DNA of 48,467 nt from an uncultured bacterium (GTDB lineage Bacteria; Actinomycetota; Actinomycetes; S36-B12). How positions within the stretch are numbered: the first letter of the stretch is position 1; each line of letters begins with the position of its first letter. Both the position numbers and the translations under genes were made by a program. Of this stretch, positions 27,031 to 37,841 are shown in pieces. The notes beneath the pieces are model-generated. The model did no database searches, was not told where the DNA came from, and saw nothing but the letters and a program-made list of their open reading frames with translations. The DNA is taken from the NCBI GenBank assembly GCA_903909555.1, contig CAIVWG010000240.1, forward strand, positions 1 to 48,467. The letters are read 5' to 3'.

Positions 27031-28986
27031 GTGGACGTGCGAGCCGCCCTGCGACTGCGCTGGGTGCAGGCGCTCATCGTGCTCGTCACGTGGATCGTGC
27101 TGGCCACGCTCCTCAAGGGAGTGCAGACCCAGGAGCTGTCCACCGCGACGGACTCGCCCTTCACCGCGATGATGCGCGATATCGCGGCGTCGATCCGGGG
27201 CAACAGGACGGAGAGCTTCCTCTTCGTCTACGTGTTCAACCCCATCAGGACCTTCATCGCCGGCTTCATCGAGTTCATCATGGGCGTGATCTCAGTCCCT
27301 GCCGAGGGCAACCTGATCCCGCTGCTGGGGTGGTTCGGCACGTGGGTGCTCATCGGCTTCATCGTCTATGCGACGTCGAACCTGCGCACCGCGGTCTTCA
27401 GCATGTTCATGCTCCTGCTCTGCGGGATGCTCGGCATGTGGCTCATCACCATGGACACCCTCGCCATGACGATCGGGGCCGTGGTTCTCTCGCTCATCGT
27501 GGCCCTGCCCCTGGGCGTCTGGGCGGGGCTCAGCGACCGGGTGATGTCCGTGCTCCGGCCCTGGCTCGACCTCGCGCAGGTGCTGCCCACGCTGGTCTAC
27601 CTCGCCCCGCTCGCCCTGGTCTTCCTCATCGGGATCGCCTCGGCGACCATCGCCACGATGATCTACTCGATCCCCATCTGCATCCGCATCACCGCCCACG
27701 CGATCAAGTCGCTCAAGCAGGGCCCGATCGAGGCCGCCGTGTCCAGCGGATCCACCCGGTGGCAGGTGCTCACCAAGGTGCAGTTGCCCATGGCCAAGCG
27801 CACCATCATCCTCGCCGTGAACCAGACCACCCTGGCCGCGCTGTCCTTCGTGGTCATCGCCGCCCTCATCGGCGCGCCCGGGCTGGGGAAGCCGGTGGTC
27901 GAGGCGCTCACGATCCGCAATGTGGGCGATGGTGTGGTCGCGGGGCTGGCGGTGGTGTTCCTCGCCATCATGCTCGACCGCTCGACGACCGCGGCGGTCA
28001 TGCGCGAGGAGCAGGGGTTCGCGGCCTCGGATGAGCAGAAGGCCCGCCGCCGGATCGGCCTGGCGATCGGGGCCGTCATCACGGTGGTGGCCATCTACCT
28101 ATCGCGGTACGTCCTGTGGTTCGCGGTGTTCCCCGAGCAGCTGAACTTCGGCGAGCAGGTCGGTGCGGTCGCCGACGCGATCGAGGAGTGGATCACCAGC
28201 AACCTGGACTTCCTCACCGTCGGCATCTCCCAGTGGCTCACCGTGTGGGGCCTGAACCCGCTCGAGGGAGTCCTCGCGAACTCGCCCTGGTGGCTCACGC
28301 TCATCGCCATCACCCTGCTCGCCTTCATCCTCGCCGGTCGCACGGTGGGCATCCTGGTGTTCTTCCTGCTGGCGCTGGTCATGGCGACGGGCCTGTGGTA
28401 CGACACCATGGTCACCCTCGCGATGACGCTGATCGCGACGGCGTTCGTCGTGCTCCTCGGCATCATCCTCGGCGTCTGGGCCGGGCGCAGCGAGCGCGTC
28501 GAGCGCGTCTTCAAGCCGTTCCTCGACGCCGGACAGACCATGCCGGCGTTCGTCTATCTGGTGCCCGTGCTCGCGCTCTTTGGGCCGACGCGCTTCGCCG
28601 CCATCGTGCTGGGCGTCGTCTACGCGGCTCCGGTCGTGATCCGCATCGTCGCCGACGGAGTGCGCGGCGTGCCCAAGGAGTCCGTGGAAGCCGCCATCTC
28701 CACGGGGTCCACGACCATGCAGGTCATCACCAAGGTCCAGTTGCCCGCGTCGCGACGCTCGATCCTGCTCGGCGCCAACCAGGGGCTCATCTTCGTCCTC
28801 GCCGTCGTGGTCATCGGGGGGTTCGTCGGCGCGGGCGGCCTGGGATACCTCGTCATCGTGGGGCAGTCCAAGCCCGAGCTCGCCGGCAAGGGCCTCGCCG
28901 CGGGCATCGCCATCGTGCTCCTGGGGATCATCCTCGACCGAATTGCCCAAGGCAGGCCCCAGAAGCAGGCCTCGATCGGCCACTAG
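27031..28986 (+). CDS. Glycine betaine/choline ABC permease with two fused ProW-like domains
   Basis: Two EAA loops (IEAAVSSGSTRWQVLTKVQLP and VEAAISTGSTTMQVITKVQLP); 651 aa, hydrophobic. Confidence 0.92.
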   Translation: MDVRAALRLRWVQALIVLVTWIVLATLLKGVQTQELSTATDSPFTAMMRDIAASIRGNRTESFLFVYVFNPIRTFIAGFIEFIMGVISVPAEGNLIPLLGWFGTWVLIGFIVYATSNLRTAVFSMFMLLLCGMLGMWLITMDTLAMTIGAVVLSLIVALPLGVWAGLSDRVMSVLRPWLDLAQVLPTLVYLAPLALVFLIGIASATIATMIYSIPICIRITAHAIKSLKQGPIEAAVSSGSTRWQVLTKVQLPMAKRTIILAVNQTTLAALSFVVIAALIGAPGLGKPVVEALTIRNVGDGVVAGLAVVFLAIMLDRSTTAAVMREEQGFAASDEQKARRRIGLAIGAVITVVAIYLSRYVLWFAVFPEQLNFGEQVGAVADAIEEWITSNLDFLTVGISQWLTVWGLNPLEGVLANSPWWLTLIAITLLAFILAGRTVGILVFFLLALVMATGLWYDTMVTLAMTLIATAFVVLLGIILGVWAGRSERVERVFKPFLDAGQTMPAFVYLVPVLALFGPTRFAAIVLGVVYAAPVVIRIVADGVRGVPKESVEAAISTGSTTMQVITKVQLPASRRSILLGANQGLIFVLAVVVIGGFVGAGGLGYLVIVGQSKPELAGKGLAAGIAIVLLGIILDRIAQGRPQKQASIGH

Positions 28987-29083
28987 GAGGGCCCCCGAGA
29001 CCGATCCGTTACCCGCATCTGCCCCGATCGGTCGCTGGCCCGACCTACGATGGCGACGACATCAGACCCTTCCGGGAGGAAGA

Positions 29084-30124
29084 ATGAAGCGAGTAGGTAC
29101 GGGCGCGACACTCACGATCGCGCTGGCCACTGTCGGCCTGGCCCTGGCGGCCTGCGGCGGCGGCGTCAACGAGGCGAGCTCATCCTCGGCGGCACCAGCG
29201 CCCGCGGAGTCCAGCGCGGCGCCCGCGGAGTCCAGTGCTCCGGCGGAAACGTCGGCGGCGCCCGCACCGGCGGACTGCGGTGACTGGGGGATCGCCATGC
29301 ACGCGTGGGTGGGCTACACCGCCTCCGCGCAGGTCCTCACCAACGTGGCCGAGGACGCACTCGGCTGCAAGATCACCCAGACCCAGCTCGACGAGGCCGG
29401 CGTCACCTACGACGCCATGGAGGCCGGCTCGGTCGACGTCATCATCGAGGACTGGGGTGGCGGCCGCTGGCAGGAGTGGGTTGACCGCGGCGCCATCGAG
29501 GAGGTCGGCTACAACGGCAACATCGGCCTCATCGGCATGTTCGTCCCGCAGTGGGTCTGCGACGAGAATCCGGAGATCACCGACGGGACCAAGCTCAACG
29601 ACTACGTCGACCTGTTCAAGACGCCGGAGTCGGGCGACAAGGGTGCCTGGCTCGAGGGCCCGCCCGGGTACACCACGATCGGCGAGAAGATCATCGAGGC
29701 GTACGACCTCAACTACAAGATCATCAACACCGGTTCCGAGCCGGCTCTCATCGAGGCCTTCACCAAGGGCAGCGAGGAGAAGGTCCCGGTGCTCGGTTAC
29801 TTCTACGAGCCGCAGAACTTCCTCGCGAAGGTCCCGCTGTGCCGGATCAACTTCCCGGCCAACGACTGGACCGATGCCGCGAAGGCCAGCGGTCTCACCG
29901 ACTACCCGGAGACGCCGCTCGTGAAGCTGGCCAGCGTCAAGCTCATGGACTCGGGCAGCCCGTTCGCGACGCTGCTCACCAACTTCGAGTGGACCAACGA
30001 GGACCAGAACCAGGTCGCGCTCGATATCGAGAACGGCATGGATCCGCGTGAGGCCGCCCAGAAGTGGATCGACGCCCATCCGGACGTCGTCGCCGCGTGG
30101 CTCGAGGGCACCGGCGTCTCCTGA
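29084..30124 (+). CDS. Glycine betaine/choline ABC substrate-binding lipoprotein (ProX/OpuAC-like)
   Basis: GGGAGG RBS, lipobox LAAC, Ala/Pro/Ser linker, WVGY..SA, IIEDW, YFYEPQ, AAQKWIDAHPD. Confidence 0.9.
   Translation: MKRVGTGATLTIALATVGLALAACGGGVNEASSSSAAPAPAESSAAPAESSAPAETSAAPAPADCGDWGIAMHAWVGYTASAQVLTNVAEDALGCKITQTQLDEAGVTYDAMEAGSVDVIIEDWGGGRWQEWVDRGAIEEVGYNGNIGLIGMFVPQWVCDENPEITDGTKLNDYVDLFKTPESGDKGAWLEGPPGYTTIGEKIIEAYDLNYKIINTGSEPALIEAFTKGSEEKVPVLGYFYEPQNFLAKVPLCRINFPANDWTDAAKASGLTDYPETPLVKLASVKLMDSGSPFATLLTNFEWTNEDQNQVALDIENGMDPREAAQKWIDAHPDVVAAWLEGTGVS
29198..29235 (+). repeat. 21-bp-period direct repeat encoding the APAESSA linker
   Basis: GCGCCCGCGGAGTCCAG at 29198 and 29219. 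Confidence 0.8.
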
Positions 30125-30138
30125 TCGACCCGCATCGA

Positions 30139-30173
30139 CAGAGGGGCCCGGGCGAGTCGCCCGGGCCCCTCTG
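30139..30173. terminator. Long GC-rich hairpin, probable bidirectional terminator
   Basis: Perfect 17-bp inverted repeat CAGAGGGGCCCGGGCGA-G-TCGCCCGGGCCCCTCTG between convergent genes. Confidence 0.8.
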
Positions 30174-30176
30174 CCG

Positions 30177-31631
30177 TCAGGCGTCGGCGCAGCGCAGGTC
30201 GGGCGCGCGCAGCCGGCACACGGCGAACTCGTCGCCTGACACCGAGCGGATGGAGAAGCGCCAGGCGCCGTTGCCCCGTCCGGGCGTGGCGATCGCGTAC
30301 CCGAACTGTGCCCGCACCCACAGCCGGGAGGCCGTGGGGTACGGCGTGAGATCGGGGTCCACCGGCTGGCCGGAGGCGTTCGCGAGCTGCCCGTGGGGCG
30401 GGATGGCGTAGCCCGAGCTCGCATCCAGGAGGGTCCCGCCGTTCCCCACGATGAGCTGCCCGGGCAGTCCGGGAACCTGCACCGACTCCACCACGTGCAC
30501 GTGGCTGCCGATGACGACGCCGAAGTCGTCGAGGAGCCCGTACGACGCCGCGGCCTGGTCCATCGACGTCCAAGGCGTCCATTCCGTCGGCGGCGGGGGT
30601 GAGTATTGCGTGGTGACGAGGCCGATGATCGGCCGGTGTGTCAGCAGCCATGACTCGCCGGCATCCGCGGCGAGCGCCGCGCCGGCCTCGTAGGCGGCCC
30701 GCTGCTCAGGCTGGAGCGACGGCGTGATCGAGGTGTCGGATCCGTTCGAGGAGTCGACGACGACGAGCCGCAGGGAGCGGTCCTCGCGGACCGGGAGGTC
30801 GACGGCGTACGTGTCGGTGAGGACCGTCGGGGCCACGCCGCCCTGGGGGGCGCATCGATCGGCGGTCTGCCAGGACGGGTCGAAGAAGAGGAACCACCCG
30901 TTGCCGCCGCGGAAGCACTCCTCGTGGTTGCCCCGCAGCGCGAGGATGGGCGCGGCGGGGAACATCGGCGCCATGGGCACGATCGCATCCGCGAGCCAGC
31001 TGTAGTCGGTGTCGGTGAACGGAAGGCCGGGGATCGGGCCCGGGCTGTTCGCGCAGAGATCGGACTGGGCCGGGGGGCAGGCCTCCTCCCGGTAGAAGAA
31101 GTCGCCCATGTGCACGATGAGGTCAGGATCGTCCTGCGCGATGCGCTGGGCGATGCGGGCGTAGGGCCAGTCCTGCGCGGAGGTGCAGTCCTGGATCCAG
31201 GACTCCCAGATCCGGCAGCCGGAGTCCCCCACGATCGCCATCCGGTCGATGCGGGCCGGCATCGCGGCCGGGATGCCGATCCCTCCCATGGTCACGGCCG
31301 TCGCATCGCGGGGGATCTTCGCCTCGCAGGTGCGCAGCGCGTTGAAGGCGGGGCTCGTGGAGCCGGGGGTGTCGCGCACGCGCGAGGATCGGGTGACCTT
31401 CCGCCCGTCGGAGATCTCGGCCACGAGGGGCGGGCAGGCCACGCCGCGCGGCAGGATCGCGCGCGCGAGGAGCCCCGAGGGGGCCACCGACGAGGGGACG
31501 ACGAGGGAGAAGGCGACGAGGGGTCGCGGGGCCAGGGCGGGAGACGCGGGGACCGGCGCGGCGCTCGCCGCGAGGGGGGTTGCCAGGGACAGCGCGAGCA
31601 GCGCCATGACAGGGCCGATTCGGGGCAGCAT
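30177..31631 (-). CDS. Secreted calcineurin-like metallophosphoesterase
   Basis: Signal peptide; GDSGC, HMGDFFYRE, RGNHE, LLTHRP, GSHVH motifs. ATG 31631 lies 6 nt after TAGGGT. Confidence 0.85.
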   Translation of the reverse strand: MLPRIGPVMALLALSLATPLAASAAPVPASPALAPRPLVAFSLVVPSSVAPSGLLARAILPRGVACPPLVAEISDGRKVTRSSRVRDTPGSTSPAFNALRTCEAKIPRDATAVTMGGIGIPAAMPARIDRMAIVGDSGCRIWESWIQDCTSAQDWPYARIAQRIAQDDPDLIVHMGDFFYREEACPPAQSDLCANSPGPIPGLPFTDTDYSWLADAIVPMAPMFPAAPILALRGNHEECFRGGNGWFLFFDPSWQTADRCAPQGGVAPTVLTDTYAVDLPVREDRSLRLVVVDSSNGSDTSITPSLQPEQRAAYEAGAALAADAGESWLLTHRPIIGLVTTQYSPPPPTEWTPWTSMDQAAASYGLLDDFGVVIGSHVHVVESVQVPGLPGQLIVGNGGTLLDASSGYAIPPHGQLANASGQPVDPDLTPYPTASRLWVRAQFGYAIATPGRGNGAWRFSIRSVSGDEFAVCRLRAPDLRCADA

Positions 31632-31678
31632 CCTCACACCCTAGGTTCCCCCCGCGGGCGCTGTGGTGGGATGACGAC

Positions 31679-32746
31679 ATGAGCGAGGCGATCCTGCTCG
31701 TCGGCGGGCGGGGCACCAGGCTGCGGCCGCTCACGCTGACGACGCCCAAGCCGCTGCTCCCGGTCGCCGGGGTGCCGGTGACCGTGCACCAGATCGAGCG
31801 CGCGCGGGATGCCGGGGTCACGCGCGTCGTCCTGGGAACGTCGTACCGGGCCGAGGTCTTCGCCGAGCGCCTCGGGGACGGCCGCGACCTCGGGGTGGAG
31901 ATCGCCTATGCCGTGGAGGACGAGCCGCTCGGCACCGGCGGTGCCATCCGCAACGCTGCCGAACTGCTCACGTGCGCGCCGGGGGACCCGGTGATGGTGC
32001 TCAACGGCGACGTGCTCAGCGGCGTCGACTACGCCGCACTCGTGGAGGGTCACGTGTCCTCGGGTGCGGCCCTCACGCTGCACCTCACCCGGGTCGCCGA
32101 CCCGACGGCGTACGGGCTCGTGCCCACCGACGGCGACGGGCGGGTGCTGGCCTTCCGGGAGAAGCCGCAGACGCCGGAGGAGATCGTCACCGATCAGATC
32201 AATGCCGGCTGCTACGTCTTCACCCGCGCGGTGATCGGCGAGATCCCCGCGGGTCGCCCCGTCTCGGTGGAGCGCGAGACCTTCCCCGACCTCCTCGCGC
32301 GGGGGCGCGTCGTGCGCGGCGTGGTTGATGACGCCTACTGGCTCGACCTCGGCACACCGTGGGACTTCGTGCGCGGGTCGTGCGACCTCGTGCTCGGTGT
32401 CGCCCCCTGGCGGGGGCACGAGCCCGCGGATTCGCTCGTGCAGACCGGGGCGCAGGTGGATGACGCGGCGGTCATCGGCGGCGGGACTACCGTCGGGCAC
32501 GACGCCCGGATCCTCGGCGACGCCGTCGTGGAGGGATCGGTGCTCCTCGACGGTTGCGTGGTGGAGGCGGGTGCCCGCGTCATGGGGTCGGTCATCGGCG
32601 CGGGGGCGCGGGTGCGCGGGGGAGCCACGGTCGTCGATTCCGTGGTCGGCGACGGGGCGGTCGTGGAGGCGGGCAACGAACTGCGCCACGGTGCGCGACT
32701 GTGGCCGGGCGTGGTGCTACCCCCGACCTCCGTCCGCTTTTCCTGA
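31679..32746 (+). CDS. Mannose-1-phosphate guanylyltransferase (NDP-sugar synthase)
   Basis: [53 protein letters not shown]-terminal hexapeptide repeats. Confidence 0.9.
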   Translation: MSEAILLVGGRGTRLRPLTLTTPKPLLPVAGVPVTVHQIERARDAGVTRVVLGTSYRAEVFAERLGDGRDLGVEIAYAVEDEPLGTGGAIRNAAELLTCAPGDPVMVLNGDVLSGVDYAALVEGHVSSGAALTLHLTRVADPTAYGLVPTDGDGRVLAFREKPQTPEEIVTDQINAGCYVFTRAVIGEIPAGRPVSVERETFPDLLARGRVVRGVVDDAYWLDLGTPWDFVRGSCDLVLGVAPWRGHEPADSLVQTGAQVDDAAVIGGGTTVGHDARILGDAVVEGSVLLDGCVVEAGARVMGSVIGAGARVRGGATVVDSVVGDGAVVEAGNELRHGARLWPGVVLPPTSVRFS

Positions 32747-34114
32747 TCCGCCTTGCGTGGAGGGGCGGCGGACGAACTCCGCGGGATCGCGCGGCGGGCG
32801 CGGGGCGGGCTCCTCGGCGGGGTGCCCGACCGCGATCGCCCCGAGCGGAAGCCAGCCCTCGGGCAGGTCGAGGACCTTGCGCACCACGTCGGCGCAGAAC
32901 ATCGTCGAGGAGATCCAGGCGCCGCCCAGGCCGTGCGCGGCGAGCGAGACGAGGAAGTTCTCGACGGCAGCGCCGCCCGCGACCAGGAACATGTCGCGCT
33001 CCGCTGACGAGCGCGCCGGGTCCGGGTAGGAGTGGGCCCCTCCGGACAGGTCGACGAACGGCAGCACGAGCGCCGGGCATCGTCGCAGGATGTCCCCGCG
33101 CGCCGTGCGCCGGGCGACGGCGTCGTCGTCGCGGCCATCGATCGAGCGCAGGTCATGGCGCCAGCGCTCGAGCATCGCGTCGAGGAGCGCCGTGCGCAGG
33201 GCCGGGTCGTCGATGATCGCGAAGCGCCACGGCGTCGAGTGGTGCGGCGCAGGCGCGGTCACGGCGTCGGCCACCGCGATGTCGAGGAGGCCGGGGTCGA
33301 CCGGCCGGTCGGCGAACGCGCGCACGGTACGCCGCTGCCGCACGGCGTCACGGCGTCCCTCGGCGCGTGCCTCCGCGGTGCCCAGCCCGAAGAGATCCTC
33401 GCCCGGCGGGCGGACCATGGCGCGGGCGCCGGGACCGTCCTCCGCCGAGACCCAGCGCGCCAGGCCGCGCACGACCGCCACCGGCAGTCCGCGCGCCTTG
33501 CCCTTGACGAGGTCGGTGGCGGCCGCGGCCTCGTCGGCGATCGCGACGACGGTGGCCTCCATGGGACGGCCGACCGCGTCGGCGGTGCCGCGCAGGTCGT
33601 CGAGGACGACGAGCCCCGCTACGCCGATCGCGCAGTCGGTGAGCCCCTCCCGCCAGGGCCGACCGAGCGTGTCGGTGATGACCACGGCGAGCTCGCAGCC
33701 CAGGGCTTCGCCCAGTCGCCGGCGCAGCGTTCGCGCGGACGCGTCGGGATCGACGGGCAGGAGCAGGACCGTGCCGGCAGCGGCGTTGCTGGCATCGATG
33801 CCCGCGGCCGCCAGGACGATGCCGTGGTGCGTCCTCACGATGCGGGTCTCCCCGCGCGGGGTCGACTTCGTCGCGATGACGGCGGCAGTCTCGGCCTCCA
33901 GCGCCGCGTCCCGCGCGGCCAGCGGCACGGTGCGACCCTCCGCCTTGCTCACGACCTTGCTCGTGACGACGACGACGTCGCCGTCGCGCAGGCCGAGGGT
34001 GCCGTCGGGCCAGGACACCCGGCGCAGCAGCGGCGAGAGGAGGACGGCCAGGTCCTCGCCCGCCGCGACCTCCGGGATCCCGGGGACGACGGCGATCTGC
34101 AGCGCGGGGTCCAT
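32717..34114 (-). CDS. fbiB: Coenzyme F420-0:L-glutamate ligase (CofE plus nitroreductase domain)
   Basis: [52 protein letters not shown]. Confidence 0.95.
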   Translation of the reverse strand: MDPALQIAVVPGIPEVAAGEDLAVLLSPLLRRVSWPDGTLGLRDGDVVVVTSKVVSKAEGRTVPLAARDAALEAETAAVIATKSTPRGETRIVRTHHGIVLAAAGIDASNAAAGTVLLLPVDPDASARTLRRRLGEALGCELAVVITDTLGRPWREGLTDCAIGVAGLVVLDDLRGTADAVGRPMEATVVAIADEAAAATDLVKGKARGLPVAVVRGLARWVSAEDGPGARAMVRPPGEDLFGLGTAEARAEGRRDAVRQRRTVRAFADRPVDPGLLDIAVADAVTAPAPHHSTPWRFAIIDDPALRTALLDAMLERWRHDLRSIDGRDDDAVARRTARGDILRRCPALVLPFVDLSGGAHSYPDPARSSAERDMFLVAGGAAVENFLVSLAAHGLGGAWISSTMFCADVVRKVLDLPEGWLPLGAIAVGHPAEEPAPRPPRDPAEFVRRPSTQGGSGKADGGRG

Positions 34115-34118
34115 CGAC

Positions 34119-35111
34119 TCAGGACCGCAGGCGCGCGGCGAGGTCGAGCGCGGCAGCGGCGATCGCGCGCGTGTCGTCCGGGGTCGACATCAGCAGCGGG
34201 CGGGCCTCGCAGGCGATTCCGAGCCGTGCCACAGTGTCGACGTCCCCCGCGTCCGCATCGTCGACGAGCCATCCGTCGAGGACGCCGCCCGCGTCGCGCG
34301 CCCCGTAGTGGGCCGCGACGGCCGCGGCCGACGTCTCCACGCCGAGCGCGGTCAGGCAGGCGTCGGCCATGCCCCGCACGGGGCGACCGCCGATGATCGG
34401 GGAGACGCCGACGACCGGTGCCGGCGTACGGCCCAGCGCCTCGCGGATCCCGGGGACCTGCAGGATCGTCCCGATCGACACCACCGGGTTCGACGGCGGC
34501 AGCACGACGGCGTCCGCGCCCTCGATGGCCTCGATGACCCCGGGTGCGGGCTTGGCATCGTCCACGCCGACGAGCACGAACGCGCGCGCGGGGATGCGTG
34601 CCTGATGGCGCACCCACCACTCCTGGAAGTGGATGGCGCGCTGAGTGCCCCCCTCCTCGTCCACGACGACGTGGGTCTCCGCCCGTTCGTCGCTCATGGG
34701 GAGCAGGCGTACGCCGGGCGCCCACCGCAGGCACAGCGCCTCGGTGACGGCGGAGAGCGGATAGCCGGCGGCGAGCAACTGGGTCCGCACGAGGTGCGTA
34801 GCGATATCGCGATCGCCGAGGCCGAACCACGAGGGCTCCATGCCGTAGGCGGCGAGCTCATCCTTGACCGTGAAGGTCTCGTCCTGACGGCCCCAGCCCC
34901 GCTCCTCGGAGATGCCGCCGCCGAGGGTGTACATGACGGTGTCGAGGTCGGGGCAGACGCGCAGCCCGTGGATCCAGATGTCGTCGCCGGTGTTGCCGAT
35001 GACGGTGATCTCGGCGTCGGGCGCGGCCGCGATGAGGCCGCGCAGGAACCGTGCGCCGCCGATCCCGCCGGCGAGCGCGGTGATGCGGGCGGGCGAGCCG
35101 GATTGCCGCAT
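34119..35111 (-). CDS. cofD: 2-phospho-L-lactate/phosphoenolpyruvate transferase (CofD/FbiA)
   Basis: [53 protein letters not shown]. Start ATG 35111 or 35117. Confidence 0.95.
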   Translation of the reverse strand: MRQSGSPARITALAGGIGGARFLRGLIAAAPDAEITVIGNTGDDIWIHGLRVCPDLDTVMYTLGGGISEERGWGRQDETFTVKDELAAYGMEPSWFGLGDRDIATHLVRTQLLAAGYPLSAVTEALCLRWAPGVRLLPMSDERAETHVVVDEEGGTQRAIHFQEWWVRHQARIPARAFVLVGVDDAKPAPGVIEAIEGADAVVLPPSNPVVSIGTILQVPGIREALGRTPAPVVGVSPIIGGRPVRGMADACLTALGVETSAAAVAAHYGARDAGGVLDGWLVDDADAGDVDTVARLGIACEARPLLMSTPDDTRAIAAAALDLAARLRS

Positions 35112-35116
35112 GCGCA

Positions 35117-35123
35117 TAGAGTG
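35117..35123. promoter_or_regulatory. Overlapping -10 elements of a compact bidirectional, apparently leaderless cofD/fbiC promoter
   Basis: TAGAGT (+, 35117-35122) is 6 nt before fbiC GTG 35129; CACTCT (-, 35118-35123) is 6 nt before cofD ATG 35111. Confidence 0.55.
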
Positions 35124-35128
35124 GCACG

Positions 35129-37723
35129 GTGACATCCGGGCCCCGCGCGGGAGAGGTCTCCCGCGCCCTCGCGCGCGCCCGTCGAGGGGCGTCTCTCACG
35201 CCCGACGAGGCCGCGGCGCTCATGGCCGCACGGGGGGACGCTCTCCACGAGCTCCTGGGGATCGCCGGCGCGCTGCGCGACCGCGGCCTGGCGGAGGCCG
35301 GCCGCCCGGGCGTGGTGACGTACTCGCCCAAGGTCTTCATCCCGCTCACGCGCCTGTGCCGGGACCGCTGCCACTACTGCACGTTCGCCACGGTCCCGCA
35401 TCGCGTCCCCGCGCCCTACCTGTCCCCGGACGAGGTCGTGGCGATCGCGCGCGCGGGGGCGGAGGCCGGATGCGCCGAGGCGCTGTTCACCCTGGGTGAC
35501 CGACCTGAGGATCGCTGGCCGGCGGCACGGGCGTGGCTGGACGAAGCCGGCTACGACGACACGCTGGCGTACGTGCGGGCGATGTCCGTGCGCGTCCTGG
35601 AGGAGACCGGGCTGCTGCCCCATCTCAATCCCGGGGTCATGACCTGGGAGGAGATGCGCCGGCTGCGACCGGTCGCCCCGAGCATGGGCATGATGCTCGA
35701 GACGACCGCGGAGCGCCTGTGGTCGGAGCCGGGCGGTCCGCACTTCGGCAGCCCGGACAAGGAGCCGCGCGTGCGGCTTCGCGTCATCGAGGACGCCGGC
35801 CGCCTGTCGATCCCCTTCACGACCGGCATCCTCGTGGGGATCGGCGAGACGCCCGAGGAGCGCGCGGAGGCGCTGTTCGCGATCCGCTCGGCGCACCGCC
35901 GGCACCGGCACGTGCAGGAGGTCATCGTCCAGAACTTCCGCGCGAAGGACGACACGGCCATGCGCGGCACGGCCGACCTGGGACGCGAGGACTACCTTGC
36001 GACGCTCGCGACCGCACGCGTCATCCTCGGCCCCGGCATGCGCCTGCAGGCGCCGCCCAACCTCACCGATGCCGACGACCTCGCCGACCTGCTCGCGGCA
36101 GGGGTCGACGACTGGGGAGGTGTGAGCCCCCTCACGCCCGACCATGTCAATCCCGAGCGTCCGTGGCCCCACCTGGACGACCTGCGCGCCCGCACGCGTG
36201 CAGCGGGCTTCGACCTGAGGGCGCGCCTCACCGCGCATTCGTCCTACGTGCGCGCGGAGACCTGGATCGATCCGCGACTGTCCGCGCACGTCGCCGCCCT
36301 CGCCGGCCCCGACGGCCTGCTCGCTCCCGGCCGGAAGGCCCGCGGCCTGCCCTGGCAGGAGCCCGACGACGGGCAGGACGCCTACGCGGCCTTCGCGCGG
36401 CGGCAGGCCGGCGGGCGGGTCGACCTGCACGTCGCCATCGACGCGGAGGGACGTCGTTCGGATCGGCGCGAGGACTTCGAGGAGGTGTACGGCGACTGGG
36501 CCGAGGTACGCGAGCGGGTCGGCTCCTCGACGCCGGCCCGAGCGACCCTCCCCGCCGACGTGCGGGCCGCGCTCGACCTCGCGCACGCCGACCCTGCCGC
36601 GCTCGCCCGGCCCGAGCACCACGAGGCCGCGGTCGCGCTCATGAGCGCGGAGGGCCCCGCGCTCGAGGAGGTCGTGGCCCTCGCCGACGCGCTGCGCCGG
36701 GAGACGGTGGGCGACGAGGTCACGTACGTCGTCAACCGCAACATCAACTTCACCAACGTCTGCTACACCGGATGCCGCTTCTGTGCGTTCGCCCAGCGGG
36801 CCATGGACGTCGACGCGTACACGCTGTCCCTGGAAGAGGTATCCGCGCGGGTCCGCGACGCCGCGGCGGAAGGCGCCACCGAGATCTGCATGCAGGGCGG
36901 CATCCACCCCGATCTCCCGGGGACGGCGTACTTCGACCTCGCGCGCGCGGTGAAGTCCGCGGCCCCCGGGATCCACCTGCACGCCTTCAGTCCCATGGAG
37001 GTCGCCAACGGCGCCGCGCGCACAGGGCTCTCGCCGCGTGAGTGGCTCATCGCTGCGCGCGAGGCGGGCGTGGACTCGATCCCCGGCACCGCGGCCGAGA
37101 TCCTCGACGACGACGTGCGCTGGATCCTCACGAAGGGCAAGCTGCCGGCGAGCGCGTGGATCGACATCGTGACGACCGCGCACGAAGTGGGCCTTCGCTC
37201 CAGCGCGACGATGATGTACGGGCATGTCGATCACCCGGGCCACTGGGTGGCGCACCTGAGCGTCCTGCGCGGCATCCAGGAGCGCACCGGCGGATTCACC
37301 GAGTTCGTCGGGCTGCCGTTCGTGCACCACAATGCGCCGCTGTACCTCGCGGGCGCTGCCCGACCCGGGCCCACGCCGCGGGACAACAGGGCCGTGCACG
37401 CGCTGGCGCGGATCATGCTGCACGGCGCGGTCGATCACGTGCAGTGCTCGTGGGTGAAGCTCGGCGACGAGGGCTGCCGCGCCATGCTGGCCGCGGGAGC
37501 CGACGACCTCGGGGGCACCCTCATGGAGGAGACCATCAGCCGGATGGCGGGCTCGGAGCACGGCTCCGCCAAGTCCGAGGAGGGCCTGCGCGACCTCATT
37601 CGCTCCGCCGGCCGCGTCCCCCGCCAGCGCACCACGCTCTACGGCCGGGTCCCCCAGGAGGCCGCCGACCGCACCCCGGGCTTGACGCCCGGCTCCCCGC
37701 CCTATGTAATAACACCGTTGTGA
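35129..37723 (+). CDS. fbiC: Bifunctional FO synthase CofG/CofH
   Basis: Two radical-SAM motifs (CRDRCHYC and CYTGCRFC), [39 protein letters not shown]. Confidence 0.96.
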   Translation: MTSGPRAGEVSRALARARRGASLTPDEAAALMAARGDALHELLGIAGALRDRGLAEAGRPGVVTYSPKVFIPLTRLCRDRCHYCTFATVPHRVPAPYLSPDEVVAIARAGAEAGCAEALFTLGDRPEDRWPAARAWLDEAGYDDTLAYVRAMSVRVLEETGLLPHLNPGVMTWEEMRRLRPVAPSMGMMLETTAERLWSEPGGPHFGSPDKEPRVRLRVIEDAGRLSIPFTTGILVGIGETPEERAEALFAIRSAHRRHRHVQEVIVQNFRAKDDTAMRGTADLGREDYLATLATARVILGPGMRLQAPPNLTDADDLADLLAAGVDDWGGVSPLTPDHVNPERPWPHLDDLRARTRAAGFDLRARLTAHSSYVRAETWIDPRLSAHVAALAGPDGLLAPGRKARGLPWQEPDDGQDAYAAFARRQAGGRVDLHVAIDAEGRRSDRREDFEEVYGDWAEVRERVGSSTPARATLPADVRAALDLAHADPAALARPEHHEAAVALMSAEGPALEEVVALADALRRETVGDEVTYVVNRNINFTNVCYTGCRFCAFAQRAMDVDAYTLSLEEVSARVRDAAAEGATEICMQGGIHPDLPGTAYFDLARAVKSAAPGIHLHAFSPMEVANGAARTGLSPREWLIAAREAGVDSIPGTAAEILDDDVRWILTKGKLPASAWIDIVTTAHEVGLRSSATMMYGHVDHPGHWVAHLSVLRGIQERTGGFTEFVGLPFVHHNAPLYLAGAARPGPTPRDNRAVHALARIMLHGAVDHVQCSWVKLGDEGCRAMLAAGADDLGGTLMEETISRMAGSEHGSAKSEEGLRDLIRSAGRVPRQRTTLYGRVPQEAADRTPGLTPGSPPYVITPL
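37682..37710 (+). promoter_or_regulatory. Candidate whiB promoter TTGACG-N17-TGTAAT inside the fbiC 3' end
   Basis: Near-consensus -35, 17-bp spacer, AT-rich patch in GC-rich DNA. Confidence 0.45.
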
Positions 37724-37841
37724 TTCGGGGATCCGGGTCGCCGTCCGCCCCTGCGGTGCGGCCACCCCGAGCCCGAGGGGGTACCCGCCGGCCGTGGCCG
37801 CGGGAAGCGCGGTCGCAGGCCGCGAGGGAGGAGTGACCGCC

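Noticed and set aside
32717-37723. Functional link between F420 genes and the methyl-oxidation cluster
   Set aside because: fbiAB next to the mannose/whiB locus is the usual actinobacterial position, and no F420-dependent enzyme is recognisable in the C1 cluster.
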